Positions 35,589-35,765 of a stretch of 35,765 nt of DNA are shown here, in pieces (position 1 is the first letter of the stretch; every line of letters begins with the position of its first letter). The DNA is from Flavobacterium sp. (GTDB lineage: Bacteria > Bacteroidota > Bacteroidia > Flavobacteriales > Flavobacteriaceae). The notes under the pieces are model-generated. The model searched no databases. It had not been told where the DNA came from and saw only the letters and a program-made list of their open reading frames with translations. The stretch spans positions 1 through 35,765 of the forward strand of contig JAIXTU010000187.1 of assembly GCA_027483785.1 (NCBI GenBank). The letters run 5' to 3'. A program made the translations under genes and the position numbers.

Positions 35589-35706
35589 GGAACATTCCGT
35601 TTTGTCTATAATTTAGGCTTTTTGTAGCTGTAAACCCTTGATTTTGTTGATTTTTCGGGCTTTTTTGGGCTTTTTTATATTGGTACATTTTAATTTGTTG
35701 GCCCTA
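35589..35706 (-). repeat. Right prophage end with inverted putative transposase-binding sites
   Basis: GGAACATTCCGTTTTGTC and GGTACATTTTAATTTGTT resemble the reverse complement of the left-end sites. Confidence 0.65.
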
Positions 35707-35765
35707 ATTGCACCGCCGGCACCCCCAAATAAAAAATTACGTAAAAAACGCTTCTCTGTACTTCG

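Larger units (their letters stand above)
57..35706. mobile_element. Mu-like transposable prophage (contractile tail), apparently complete
   Basis: DDE transposase, MuB-like ATPase, repressor, and full head/tail/lysis modules. Related 18-bp motifs occur in inverted orientation at both ends. Confidence 0.93.

Noticed and set aside
35195-35688. ORFs 35195-35377 and 35503-35688
   Set aside because: They run through the terminal repeat region; the VHPT repeat is simply the 12-bp DNA repeat translated.

Overview
The window is one apparently complete Mu-like (transposable) prophage with a contractile tail, from a Bacteroidota host (Flavobacterium-like promoters, no Shine-Dalgarno sites). It spans about 57-35706 with about 56-59 bp of host flank on each side. 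Reading from the right end: terminal repeats; CI/S24 repressor (+); a divergent early operon (-) with Ner-like HTH, MuA-like DDE transposase, MuB-like ATPase, a second ATPase, a Gam-like gene, accessory genes and a Rha-type gene; a head block (+) with TerS, TerL, gp36, portal, MuF, gpG and gp37; then (-) protease/scaffold, capsid, lysis, sheath, tube, chaperone, tape measure, baseplate and fibre genes. A thymidylate-synthase-fold gene plus a Dam-like methyltransferase sit where Mu carries mom. Main observations: (1) the TS-fold protein has the cytosine-specifying Asp and appears to lack free-nucleotide phosphate-binding arginines, so it is a candidate folate-dependent DNA cytosine modifier, and it sits behind a switch-like RNA; (2) a clear -1 frameshift signal would fuse the portal to MuF and its nuclease-like C-terminus; (3) there are several structured non-coding RNAs, a DGR-variable-region-like segment with no DGR nearby, and atypical TA...TA ends. 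All family assignments come from motif recognition and synteny, not database searches.
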